A DNA stretch of 64,000 bases. Origin: Mustelus asterias. Its lineage: Eukaryota. A program made the position numbers and the translations under genes. The stretch is taken from assembly GCF_964213995.1 (NCBI RefSeq), contig NC_135811.1:77562001-77626000 (forward strand), in the 5' to 3' direction. Each line of letters starts with the position of its first letter. Positions within the stretch are counted from its first letter, which is position 1. This document shows positions 1-10,521 of the stretch, one piece after another. The notes under the pieces are model-generated. The model did no database searches, was not told the DNA's origin, and was given only the letters and a program-made list of their open reading frames with translations.

Positions 1-504
1 CCAACAATCGGAATCAATATTATTAATATCCATTTTGTGAAAACAGATTATTGCATTCAAAGTTATTTTGATTCACATTAAGGGGACAAGAAAAGTTGCG
101 GTTGGTCAGATGGTTGGATTTTGAGGCTGTTCTTCTTGAGTTCTCTGTCCGAAGGCGGGCCCAACCCATTTTCCCACAAGAGCTCCATAAGATGATCATT
201 ACATTCAGAAATGACACTCAATGTGCCCGTGACACAGGTAAACTCTCCCTCCTCCTTGTCGCTCTGTCCGCAGCCTTTGAGATGGGCGCGCAGACCATCA
301 TCATTCAACTCTCTCCCCCACGGTGCAACTGATGGGGAGCACTCTCTCTGCCTCTCATTCTTACTGAAGTCATTGTACCCTGAGAATATCCAGAATCGCA
401 TCTTTTCTCCCCCACACTCCACCACGCACCTCACCTTTCAGCCTCTGCTGTCCATGAGGATCTCTCCCTGCTCCCTTTTCTAATTCTCATCTCCACGCTG
501 CCCC

Positions 505-900
505 ATGGGGACATCACTCACCATTTACCCATCACCCCTGTGCTGGTTGAATTACGTTGGCTCCTGCTTCAGGAATGCCTTGATTTTAAAAATCTCACCC
601 AAATTTTCAAACTCCGCCAGTCCCTCATCCCTCCCTATCTCTGTAATCACCTCCAGCCGCGAATCCCTACGAGATACCTGCTCCGCTCCAATTCTTACCC
701 CGCGCCCCCCCCCCCCCCACCGCCCCCCCTTCCCAGAATTCCCCATTTTCATTCAACCACCATGGGTGGTGTCTCTTCAGCTGCTCAACCCTCAAACTCT
801 GTAATTTCTGCCCTAAACCTCTCCGCCCCTCTTTACCCCATTTAAACGCTCCTTAAAATCAACTTCATTCAAGTTATTGCTCACCTGCCTCAGTATCTCC
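505..900 (+). mobile_element. Degenerate L2-clade LINE 3' fragment, present in every unit (also ~17545-17910, ~27580-27965, ~36792-37160, ~44761-45130, ~53945-54330, truncated 62428-62489)
   Basis: ORF 540-845 (LRWLLLQECLDFK...PPYLCNHLQPR...RYL) resembles the L2 RT C-terminus LHWLPV..RLDFKIL..APPYL; decayed. Confidence 0.7.
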
Positions 901-1178
901 TCGTCTGACTGACTAGCCAATGTTTCTGGATAACACGCCTGTGAATCACTTTGAACCATCAATCTCTCTCTATAATGATGAGTGCTTGTTACTGATGGGC
1001 TGTCTCTGATTTCCCCCCTCTCAGGCTCACATTCCCCTTTATCCTTCACTCAGTCCCCTTCTCCTCAATGTCTGCTTTCTATTTCTCTCTCCGATCAGAG
1101 TTGCTCCTTCAAACAGATTCAAATTCAATCTCTCCCGGTCCCTCTCTCCCCTCAATATCATTCCCAGTTTCAACTCAC

Positions 1179-1310
1179 CATTTGATTGAGTTTGCTGAGT
1201 GTGTGTTTGTTGAGTACTTGCTGTAACTGCAGCCTCTCGCAGCCCAGACTGAGGGTCCCGGTCAAGAAGAGCGACACCATCCAAAATCTCCAAATCCTCG
1301 CCAAAGCCAT
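1179..1310 (-). CDS. IFN1: Distal first exon (signal peptide + N-terminus) of a type I IFN copy whose body lies left of the window
   Basis: ATG at 1310; 44 codons MALARIWRFWMVSLFLTGTLSLGCERLQLQQVLNKHTLSKLNQM, then phase-0 GTGAGT donor. Confidence 0.75.
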
Positions 1311-2099
1311 GACCAACCGGGTCAGAGGGAAAGCCCGATGTGGAAGAGGAGAAACCGGCGGCTTTGGTGGTTCAGCGGCGAGAACGGTTCTTGCGAAGAG
1401 AATTCAAGTGGAATTGGAGCCGCTTGTGATCCGGGAGCGAGCGCCTGTGTTGCCGAATAGTGTGAGTGTGGATTCTGCTGCGAGCTGGCACTGGCACTGC
1501 CAGGCTGCCCGCTTTAATGTGCGCCCATTACATTGCAAAAGTGAAAATGGGCTGCAGGGGTTTTGGGAGAGCTGCGGGAGATCAATAGTTTGTGCGGTTT
1601 CTGTGTGAGGTCAGGAATGGGAAAGCTGGAGACTCCCGAAGCAGCGAGTGAGAAATCCCCGGGAGAAAATCACAAGCAGCGCTCGGTTGCAGCTCAGTGT
1701 TGTGTGGGCTTCACATCACCCGGGGGGGCACTAAGGTGCTGCAGAGGTGGGCTCTGTATTGGGGGGCAGTGTGGACATGGATTGGGGGCTGCATTTGACC
1801 ATCCGGATTACAGAGATACCGAGAGCGGCGCATTTTAGTGCGGAGATTCGGCCCCATTCCCTCTGATATCCCCGCTATGTTCACATCGCGTTTGTCCTGT
1901 TAACACTTCCCAGCTTGAACATTGCAGAGAGACCGGCTCAGAGCCCAGGCTCGCCGCTTAATGGAGACTGACTCCGCTCCCATTGAGCTGCCCCACAATC
2001 TGCTCTTTAACTGCAAGAAGTTGCTCATTTCTCGCTTCTTTTCTGCAGCCATTTCCAAACTCTGACTGTGAGAATATTGAATCAGTTCCGATTCTGAGT

Positions 2100-2240
2100 G
2101 GGAAAGTGATCCCGCTCCCTTTCCTTTCGCCCCGTTTGTTTCTCCTTTCTGTCCCGGGAAAGTGTCCGCCTCACTTTCTCTCTGGAAATGAGCCTTGTGT
2201 CAGTTTGTGCCGAAAGCGAAAGTGCCTCAGGGAAAGTGAG
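2100..2240. promoter_or_regulatory. IRF/ISRE motif cluster ~0.8-0.9 kb upstream of distal exon 1
   Basis: Five GAAAGTG motifs including GAAAGCGAAAGTG within 140 bp; conserved in the other units. Confidence 0.65.
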
Positions 2241-2443
2241 GCGTTTTGTCATTTCCGACAGTGGGGAGAGTTTGTGAAGAGAGCGGCTCACACTGAGAGG
2301 GCTGAGGCGAGGGGCTGCCAAAGGTTTTCTGATATCCGGGATTAACCCATGGGAATGGCACCGAATCACTGTCAGATGGAACTGGGATCCGAATCTTCAG
2401 TCCGGGTGTCGGTGGGAGTGAGATCCCACAGAACCAACTGTAT

Positions 2444-2818
2444 CATAGAATCCTAGAGTGCAGAAGGAGGCTATTCGGCCCAAAGCGTCTTCTCGCCGAC
2501 CACAATCCCACCCTATTCCGTAACCCCACATATTTACCCTGCTACTCGCCTTGACACTCGGGTTAATTCAGCACGGCCAATCCATCGAACCTACATATCT
2601 TTGGACTGTGAGGGGAAACCGGAGCACCCGGAGGAAACCCACGCAGACGCGGGGAGAATGTGCAAACTCCACACATTGAACATAGAACAGTACAGCACAG
2701 AACAGGCCCTTCGGCCCACGATGTTGTGCCGAGCACACAGTGAGCCGCGGCTGGAATTGAACCCGTGTCCCTGGTGCTGTGAGGCAGCAGTGCTAAGCAC
2801 TGTGCCACCATGCCGCCC
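2444..2818 (-). mobile_element. HE1-like tRNA-derived (V-)SINE with a nested short CR1 3' tail (~2675-2732)
   Basis: Minus strand reads GGGCGGCATGGTGGCACAGTG...GGGTTCAATTCC (A/B boxes)...TGTGGAGTTTGCACATTCTCCCC core...TTCTATG tail. Confidence 0.85.
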
Positions 2819-3064
2819 CTTTCTGCAGACCGGAGACACAATGCAATTTTCAATAATGCTGACAGGAATAAACTAATGGTAAATAAAACTGTCGGAATTG
2901 TAAAGGAGGGTCAGGAATGTCGAGGAAGAATTTTACAAACAACATTAGCCAGAAACATGCCCGGAAAGAACAAGACCTATGGCAGCATGTCCACCTTCAC
3001 CCGGTAAAAATCTCCGCTCCATTCACAGATACCTGGGACCAATTTAATTTCTTTAATGCTTTCA

Positions 3065-3470
3065 TGAGATATGAGCGACTCTGCAGGGCATCATTTGTTG
3101 CTCATTCCTAATTGCCCCGCAGACGGTGATGGTGAGCCGTTTGTTTTTTACTTGCTGCTGTCCTTGTGAAGGAAATAAACCTATAGGAGTGTTGGGAAGA
3201 GATTTCCAGGATGTTTATCCAGAAAGAGTGAAGGAATGGTGATGTGGTCCCGAGTCGGCAAGCTGGGTGGCTTGAAGGTGAACTTGCAGGTTGTGTTCTT
3301 AATATGCGTTTGCTATTTTTGATCTTCTAGAGGGTAGAGGTGGTGGATTTGGAAGGTGCTGTTGAAGGAGCCTGAGTGGGTTGCTGCAGGGAATCTTGTA
3401 GATGGGACACACTGCTGCCACTGTGCGGCGGTGGTGCGGAAGTCAATGTTTAAGTTCGTGAAAGGAGTGC
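3065..3470 (-). mobile_element. Old degenerate LINE-like repeat shared by units (related short copies ~11950-12140, ~14440-14800)
   Basis: Recurring motif (A/G)TTTGTTGC(T/C)CAT(T/C)CCTAATTG appears at three positions per unit; no intact ORF. Confidence 0.45.
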
Positions 3471-4281
3471 AGACTTCCGGGTATAGATATTATACAATGA
3501 GTGGAGATTTCATGCTATGTAGAAATTGAAGACAATTGTACAGCTGTTTCTTTATCCTCACTTTTCACCCTTTCCGCCTCCACCACCCTTACCGAAATTG
3601 AGAGGTTATTGCAAAACTTTCTGCTCCAATTTAATTGCCAATTAATAAATGTGACGTGAAGCAGCACAACGGGACGGTATATACAAATTCATTTAAAAAA
3701 ATACATTAAACTGTTAATTTATGCACTTCTGCTTTTATTTGGATGCAGAATAACTCATTCACGATATCTGTTGACCCAAACCATAGATATTTTAATGAAC
3801 TTATCAGTTTACCCTCTGTTAGAATCCTGCTTTAAAATGACTGAAAATGAGCTTTAAAAAGACAGGTCCATTTTCTGCTGAATCTGGGGTGCAATATTTA
3901 TTTTCTTTTCAAATTCAAAAGTTACATTGCCAATCACTTCATCACAGGTCTATTGCTGTCCTCACACCAAAATGACTCAATTTTATTTCTGGAGCCTTAT
4001 TGAAGGCCTGTAAACAATTTCAATGGTGAATAATTTACCCGGGGTTAGCCAGTTTCGTGTGGGCCCAGTTTTCAGTATAATTGTTTCACAAAAGGCTTAC
4101 ATCCATGTGACACCCTCACTGGTCACAGAATATCTCAAGCATTTCACAGCTGATGGAGTGGCTTTGAGGTACATTGACTGTTGTAATATAGGAAACACAT
4201 GAGCCAATTTATGCTTCATACTCCCACAAACAGCACTCTGATAACAGACAGAGAACCTGGTTTAATGATATTGATTGTGGG

Positions 4282-4947
4282 TGTAAAGGGGAAAATACAA
4301 GGGGGTCACACTTTAAAATGGCAATACAAGAAAGCACACTCTAAAGTGGCTGCCTGGCACACACAGGGTTAACTGGGAAAGAAGCCGGAAAAGCAGACAC
4401 AGGCTCCCGCTGTTCAGAAATAACGTCAAGCCAAAATCCTAACAGACAAGCCACTTCCAAAGTACAGACAGTGACTCATAGCAAACAAGCACCTCAGGAA
4501 GCCAAAGCCAAGGGTCAAACATCTTTTAAGATAAGGAAACCCCTAAACAAAGAGCCTAGATTAACGTTACAGGAACGCGGGAAATATGAATGCGAGGGAA
4601 CCGATTAGCACCTGAACAAGACGAAACTAGCCATTGATAGACACAGACATAAGGAGATGTACCCATTCATAAAATGCTAAATGTCTATACCTGTTTGTAC
4701 TCTTGTAAACATGAGGAAATGTACCCATTCATAAAATGTTAAATACTTGTACTCACTTAAACAATGTGATAATGTTCGAATCACTGGTATACCCATTGTG
4801 TAAAGGGTAGAAAAATGAACCGCTCCCGACATACTATTGAGAGAAGGTTTGCTACAGACCATGTGCCTTGTCTCCACGGAGTTCCGTTTAATAAATCGTA
4901 TTTTCTGAATCTCGAAGTCTGACTACTCGTGGATTTTTCCCACAACA
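4282..4947 (+). repeat. 5' LTR (666 bp)
   Basis: Starts TGTAAAGGGG, ends CCCACAACA; AATAAA near 4890; direct repeat of 10522-11214; TATA position reads TAGAAAA at 4808. Confidence 0.95.
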
Positions 4948-4949
4948 AA

Positions 4950-4967
4950 TGGCGTAGTCGGCTCGGA
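4950..4967 (+). promoter_or_regulatory. Primer binding site, tRNA-Ser-like
   Basis: TGGCGTAGTCGGC, 2 nt after the LTR, matches the first 13 nt of the complement of the vertebrate tRNA-Ser 3' end (TGGCGTAGTCGGCAGGAT). Confidence 0.8.
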
Positions 4968-5548
4968 TCCTATTACTGGTGAGACCGATTGGCCACGGTC
5001 GCAACCGGGGTAGAGATCGCGGAATCTGTGACAGTCGGACTGGATCGGAAAATACGGTTTATAAGGGGGAAATATTTGTACTGTGTATTTGTGATAGTAT
5101 TTGTTATAGTGATAAGTACTAACTGCTGATAGGAATAAATAACTGTGATTTGTGCTGATCGACAAAAAGGACCAGGTAGTGCCTGTCTCAAAACCTCTGC
5201 CTTAGACTGGCTATTAAGAGCAGAAATCTGCCACGTGAAGGTCAGGAATTGAAGTGAGTGAGAGACACCAAGGGCACTAAAGGATTGTGAAGCACAAAAG
5301 GGCAGAAGTCGGTTTAACATCACCCTCTGTAGTGGCGAACAGACGCAGAGGTGCCAGCTGATTGCATGAATGTATTGAAAAGTTGGGAACTGTACTGTCA
5401 ATGCGGTGAAAAGCGGGGCGGAACAGGAGTTTGATCAACTCTGACCTAAACCGGAATCCGGTGGAGAAGCACATTGCCGAAGTGGTAATCGTGGAAGCCG
5501 TGAGTATAACTTAAAACCCTGTAATGGCAGTAAAACACGGTGTGAGAA

Positions 5549-5695
5549 TAGCAATAGTGGCCGGGGTAGTGAAGTCCCTATGGTAGTTAACACACTTTGC
5601 TAAGAGTAGTAATAGTGGCCGGGGGTAGTGAAGTCCCTACGGTAGTTAGCACACTTTACGAAAGAATAATCGTGGCCGGGGTTAGTGAAATCTGC
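5549..5695 (+). repeat. ~59-bp tandem repeat (about 2.5 copies) in the ERV leader
   Basis: AATAGTGGCCGGGG(G)TAGTGAAGTCCCTA(T/C)GGTAGTTA(A/G)CACACTTT twice, then a partial diverged third copy. Confidence 0.8.
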
Positions 5696-5698
5696 GAA

Positions 5699-6962
5699 AT
5701 GGCAGATAGTGAAGTTAAAAGGGGATCTGCAGGTTCCCTGATTGAAATCTACATGATGTGGAGATGCCGGCGTTGGACTGGGGTAAACACAGTAAGAAGT
5801 TTAACAACACCAGGTTAAAGTCCAACAGGTTTATTTGGTAGCAAAAGCCACACAAGCTTTCGAAGCTCAAAGCTTCGAGCTTCGAAAGCTTGTGTGGCTT
5901 TTGCTACCAAATAAACCTGTTGGACTTTAACCTGGTGTTGTTAAACTTCTTACTGAAATCTACATGACAGACAGGAAGGAGTTAATAAAGAGAATGCAAA
6001 AGGATGGCTGGGATACTTCTCAAACCTTAGAGCAGCAGAGAAAGTGGATAGATAAAGTAAAAAGAAACAGAACGAAGAAAATAGGAATAATGTTAACACA
6101 TCAGTTAGCAGGTCTAATTGAACAAACAATTGCCTCTACAAGGAAATGGAGAGAGGACAAAGAAAGAATTAGAGAACTAGAATCCCAAGTGAGGGAATTG
6201 GAAAAACGAAATCAGGTTTTAGAAAGGCAAGGGGGAGGAGAAACTGATCCTCTACCTTCTTATGAGTCTACCCAGCAAGGGCCAACGGCACCCTCAGAAG
6301 AGTGGGAACAGCTGGAACACAACTTAGCGCCCATAACTAGAGGGGGGACAGCAGCGCGACCAAAGGCAAATTATAAACCCTTTATCCCAGGTGAGAGACA
6401 GCAGATAATGGCTTCCCTGGGCAAACTACAAACTAGAAGCGCGAACACTACATTCTGGGAAGAATTAGACACAATCTGGGTAGGACATCAATTACACCTA
6501 AGAGACGTACACCAGCTGGTCAGGGCAGCCTGTCCAGCGGATAAGTGGAGGCAGGTAGCAGGGGGACCCGTTGCCCCTATAGAACAGGATTATAATGGGG
6601 GACGGTGGACACATGTAATCCCCCTAACAGCAGAAATAGATGCCCAACAGGCACCCTTCTTACAGTTTATAGAAGAAATTCAGAGGGTCTTAGGGAATGC
6701 TCCCACTAACTGGAGCAGAATTACTACCACAAAGCAGCTAAAAGGAGAAGGAGCCTCTGAGTACGGGGAACGATTGTTCCGAATATACCAAGAGTGCTCA
6801 GGACATGGGAATCCAGGGCGAGGAGATCGAGCGTTCATCCAGGCTTTTAAGGATGGACTCTCTAGTTCTCACCAGGTCATCCTAAAAATGGGAGTGATTA
6901 TGTCCCAAGATTACGATGAATTGGTAGAATGGGCTAGTGGCATACACCCTGGAGATGGATAG
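5699..6962 (+). pseudogene. gag: Retroviral Gag, interrupted at 5757-5967 and apparently 3'-truncated
   Basis: Removing the 211-bp insert joins MADSEVKRGSAGSLIEIYM to TDRKELIKR (ORF 5964-6962). Contains coiled coil, LPSY and PTAP late-domain motifs, capsid MHR-like QLKGEGASEYGERL; no CCHC knuckle before the stop. Confidence 0.85.
5757..5967. mobile_element. Palindromic Penelope-terminus insertion with 14-bp target duplication
   Basis: 79-bp perfect inverted arms 5790-5868 / 5877-5955; TGAAATCTACATGA at 5743-5756 and 5954-5967; arm sequence matches Penelope ends at ~20397 and ~63440. Confidence 0.9.
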
Positions 6963-8354
6963 GAGAGATCTTAGTTTTTGTATTTCAGTGTGTTTGTGAG
7001 ATCTGGTAGCTTGTCGAATGTAGGTGGTTGTTGTTGTAATTAGATTGAGAGCAGGGAGCTGGAGAAGCCTCTTTGTTCCTGTGGAATGTTTGCTGCAGGC
7101 AGTGGGTGCAGTACATTGCACCTTGGTTTAGCCTCAGGGGGGCTGGGAGAGTGTTAAAACTGTTAAAGATTAAAGTGATAGGATTTCTTGAATTTACTTC
7201 TGTTCTGAGTCAATTACAGTTTGGAAGAAAGAAGAATAAAAGCGACCTGTCTTAATCAATGTTCTGTATTCTCTTTGAATGTTTTACACTCATCCCAGTT
7301 TGAAATGATAAGTTTGAATGAAAAAGGATGTGCTGTGGAATGACTTTTGGAAGCTTCCATGTGTGTGTGTGTGTGTTTAAACAAAGTGCTTGCGTGGATG
7401 CTTTGTTGTTGTTTGCTTTAATGTTTTAATGTTAAGAAAGAATTTAAACCTTGGAAAGAAGCATGTGCTCTTTCCTTTGTCTTGAAGTAGAAATTATAAG
7501 AGTTAGTTGAGGAGTTAAGAGAAGAAAATAAGTTATTTTGTGGAAAGGTAGAAAAGCAGGAACAAAAGACTGAGGTCTATGAGTCAGTTTAAAGTATATC
7601 AAGTCAGTGAAATACAGTATTAATCGCAGAATATCGCGATTTACGAACGTCAGATAGTTTAGTATTCTGAACTAGTTAAAATTATGTACTGCCGTCGGAA
7701 TTTCATGAGCCATCAAGGTTCAAGGTTTGCCAAATATAAAAACACTGCAAAGCTTAAAATCTAGCCAGTTAAGAAACCAAAATGTTCCTAATCAAATAAC
7801 TGGTATGTATTGTACCTACTTTGATTTTGATTCGGCGCCTGTTACTTTTCCTAGAGTGCGAGGGTTTCGATCTGGAGCTCAGTTTAAAAATGGAAACGGC
7901 TTGAATTAAAAGGGTTTGGATATCACGGTTACGATGTGTAAAGTGGTATGATACAACTGCCGCTTGATTATTGATATTATACAGTATAGCACTGCCATAT
8001 AGACACAAGAATAACATCAAATCCTGAAAAGCCTTAACCAACTTTGTATGATATATTCATATACTATATTGTGTATTGATAAAAACATAATTATTTTGTG
8101 AAGTACTGTGGTGCAGCGCTTGCACGCAAACAAATGATCAAATTAGAGATAAGGTAAGAGTACTCATATAAAGATCGGAGCTGTATGGCATGTGATTTTA
8201 ATGGGGAAAGCGATGTCTTTTGATAAGATTACATACAAATGAATGGATGTCCAACTGCAGCCAAAAAAGGCCAGTACAAAGTGTTATTTATTTCACACTA
8301 AGCTTGCTATGGAAGGGGGATATATAGTTAAAATGTATAATGCACGAGCTAAAG

Positions 8355-8827
8355 ACATACAAACATCAGGGAGAAGGTGGACAGAGGTATTGCCCACTAG
8401 TTTAAAGAAATTAAGAGCTACCACAAACCGGACAACCGGATTAACCCCTTATGAGCTAATGACAGGACGGGCGATGCAATTACCAGAAAGCATCATAACA
8501 GGTGGGACCGATGTCGGTCCACTAAAAGATAAAATCAAGAGATACGTTCTGGACCTGAGCACCCAGCTAAAAGGGATGCGCAAATTGGTAAAAGACAATC
8601 AGGAAATAAAAGACGCAGAGAGAGAGCTTGAAATGCTCCCTGACGTCCCAACAGTGGGAAGTCGCGTCCTAGTAAAAACACTACCCGACAAACCAGGGTT
8701 TGCACCAAAGTGGAATGGGCCACATGAAATTATAATTAGTGGGGACACCTGTGCCTGTATAGACATAAGAGGGAAAGGTGCCTGGAAGCACTGGACGCAG
8801 CTGAAATTACACAAAGGAGATAAGTAG
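8355..8827 (+). pseudogene. pol: Integrase C-terminal remnant of pol
   Basis: WTEVLP..LRATTNRTTGLTPYELMTGR and VGSRVLVK..APKWNGPH (GPY/F-type) within ORF 8243-8827; no protease, RT, RNase H or DDE core upstream. Confidence 0.88.
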
Positions 8828-8964
8828 CTAAATTGATGAACTAACAGAACTGCTTTCCTCGACACAGGCAAAGACTGCAAGCAAGAGCCGGCGTGCGCGG
8901 GTTAATAAATGAAATAACTGTAAAAAATTGAATTGTAGTGTTAAGTTTTATAACTGTTGCGAAT

Positions 8965-10464
8965 ATGTATGTAATCGCGTATGTAATTGTATTATTTTGC
9001 GTTGTGGCAACTGTAAATCTGACTGGGCTAGAAGATAACTTGTTTTACAAAGCTCACATACATTTACACGGGAATCGGACTGTATGTTACCCGTTAACCC
9101 AATCTGTAGAAGCCCTATTTGTAGCCACCCCTGGGTGGACCCCTCATGACTTATATACTGTAGATACATCAGAGACACCCTGTAAGGGACAAATTGGCAA
9201 ATATAAAAGAGGTTTACAGGGGAGATGTGTGGGACTTGTAAACCCCACAAATCCTACATGCGAGGGGTCCCAAAAGGAGGGAGGAAAAGCTTGCCCAGAT
9301 ACTGCAAGCTATCCGCTTTGTTTCACGGGGCAGGGATGGGGATGTGCCAATGCCTTAGTCCCTAAGAATGATTCTTGTGTACAGACACAGTGTGTCCGTC
9401 AACATTGTCGGATTAACAAGGGACAGATAAATAACTTGTATTTGTGACGAACGGAAATGTTTAAATATAACCGCGGGAAGACAGCTTATTTGCGGGCAAT
9501 GTAATGGAACTCACGTAAGCTCAGCCAAATGGACATACCCCTTTGATACTTACCAGGTGGTGGGATCAAACGGGAAGCCAAATAAACTGAACAATTGGCA
9601 GTATGAGCAAACTCATAATCAGGACACTAAATGTTACCGGGCTAAGAAGGGGTATGTATTCCTCTTCAATGGTACCTACATGACAGAAACACCAAACCTC
9701 CCAGACCGTTTTGCGGAAGGAACAATCGGGCCACTGACTGTTCCATGCCCTCAGAAGGGGTACATTCGGAGGAGAATAGTAACCCGGGCTATTAGCAGGG
9801 AATTCTGCGCTGACTGGGAAGCCCCGGGTACACTGGGATCCTCACTGGGGTATGGGTTCCTCGGAGCTTTATCTCTCGGGGGTCAGCCGGGGTAATTGGA
9901 GCAAAGAATAGAAACCATATTGTTTGTGGACTAACAATCCTGGGAAACAGCACTTCAAAAGCATTGGAGGCTGTTAACCAAGAAATGGCTGAATTAAGAT
10001 TGTATGCTCAGCAGACACGATACGCAGTGGACTACCAGTTAGCACAACAAGGGGGAGTATGTTCAATCATAGGCAACAAATGCATAACCCATGTCACAGA
10101 TGAGTCTTACAATATTACACAGGTCATCAATGACATCAGGACGCAACTTGATAACTTTAGACAGGGACCCAAAAGAGGAGGTAGTTGGCTGGCTTGGCTG
10201 GTGGGAGAATCCTGGGAATCGTACCTGTTACATGGGTTGATCATACTCATTGTCATTATACTTGTCTGTTGTCTGACTGTGGGATGCCTTAAAGCCTGTT
10301 CTAAAATAATGTTGACAAGAATTGTGCCAGGAGCCAGTGTGTACATCGAAGAAGAGCCCCTAATGAAGATCCCCGAAGACGTCAGAAGAAATGAAGATAC
10401 TGGAAGAAATAAAGACATCAAAAGAAGCAAAGAAGGAGAGAAGAATGAAGACCTGTATATGTGA
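8965..10464 (+). pseudogene. env: Retroviral Env with two frameshifts (~9428-9431 and G-run 9878-9882)
   Basis: Signal peptide MYVIAYVIVLFCVVA, Cys-rich SU, basic cluster RRRIVTR, hydrophobic fusion segment, QTRYAVDYQLAQQGGVC-x6-C, membrane anchor LLHGLIILIVIILV, cytoplasmic tail. Confidence 0.92.
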
Positions 10465-10509
10465 ACGTATGATTGTTGGTCTGAGGATTGTCCAAGCTAT
10501 AATCCGACC

Positions 10510-10521
10510 AAAAGGAGGGAC
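10510..10521 (+). other. Polypurine tract
   Basis: AAAAGGAGGGAC immediately before the 3' LTR. Confidence 0.85.

Noticed and set aside
78-434. Recurrent minus-strand ORF (..HLMELLWENGLG..) faintly suggestive of a death-fold or NLR fragment
   Set aside because: Start, frame and length vary between units and there is no convincing motif; recurrence is explained by the tandem duplication
1186-1838. Plus-strand ORFs repeated in each unit (MSLLSVC.., MGELREIN..)
   Set aside because: Antisense to the IFN exon and its GC-rich promoter, non-ATG starts, frame breaks between copies
5549-5695. CRISPR-like repeats
   Set aside because: Adjacent tandem copies without unique spacers, in a vertebrate retroviral leader
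5790-5955. miRNA precursor or MITE
   Set aside because: Arms are identical to Penelope termini elsewhere in the window and are offset from the target duplication, unlike DNA-transposon TIRs
9788-10464. Endogenous filovirus glycoprotein (non-retroviral EVE)
   Set aside because: It lies in the env position between integrase and PPT/LTR of a provirus, and no other filoviral genes are present
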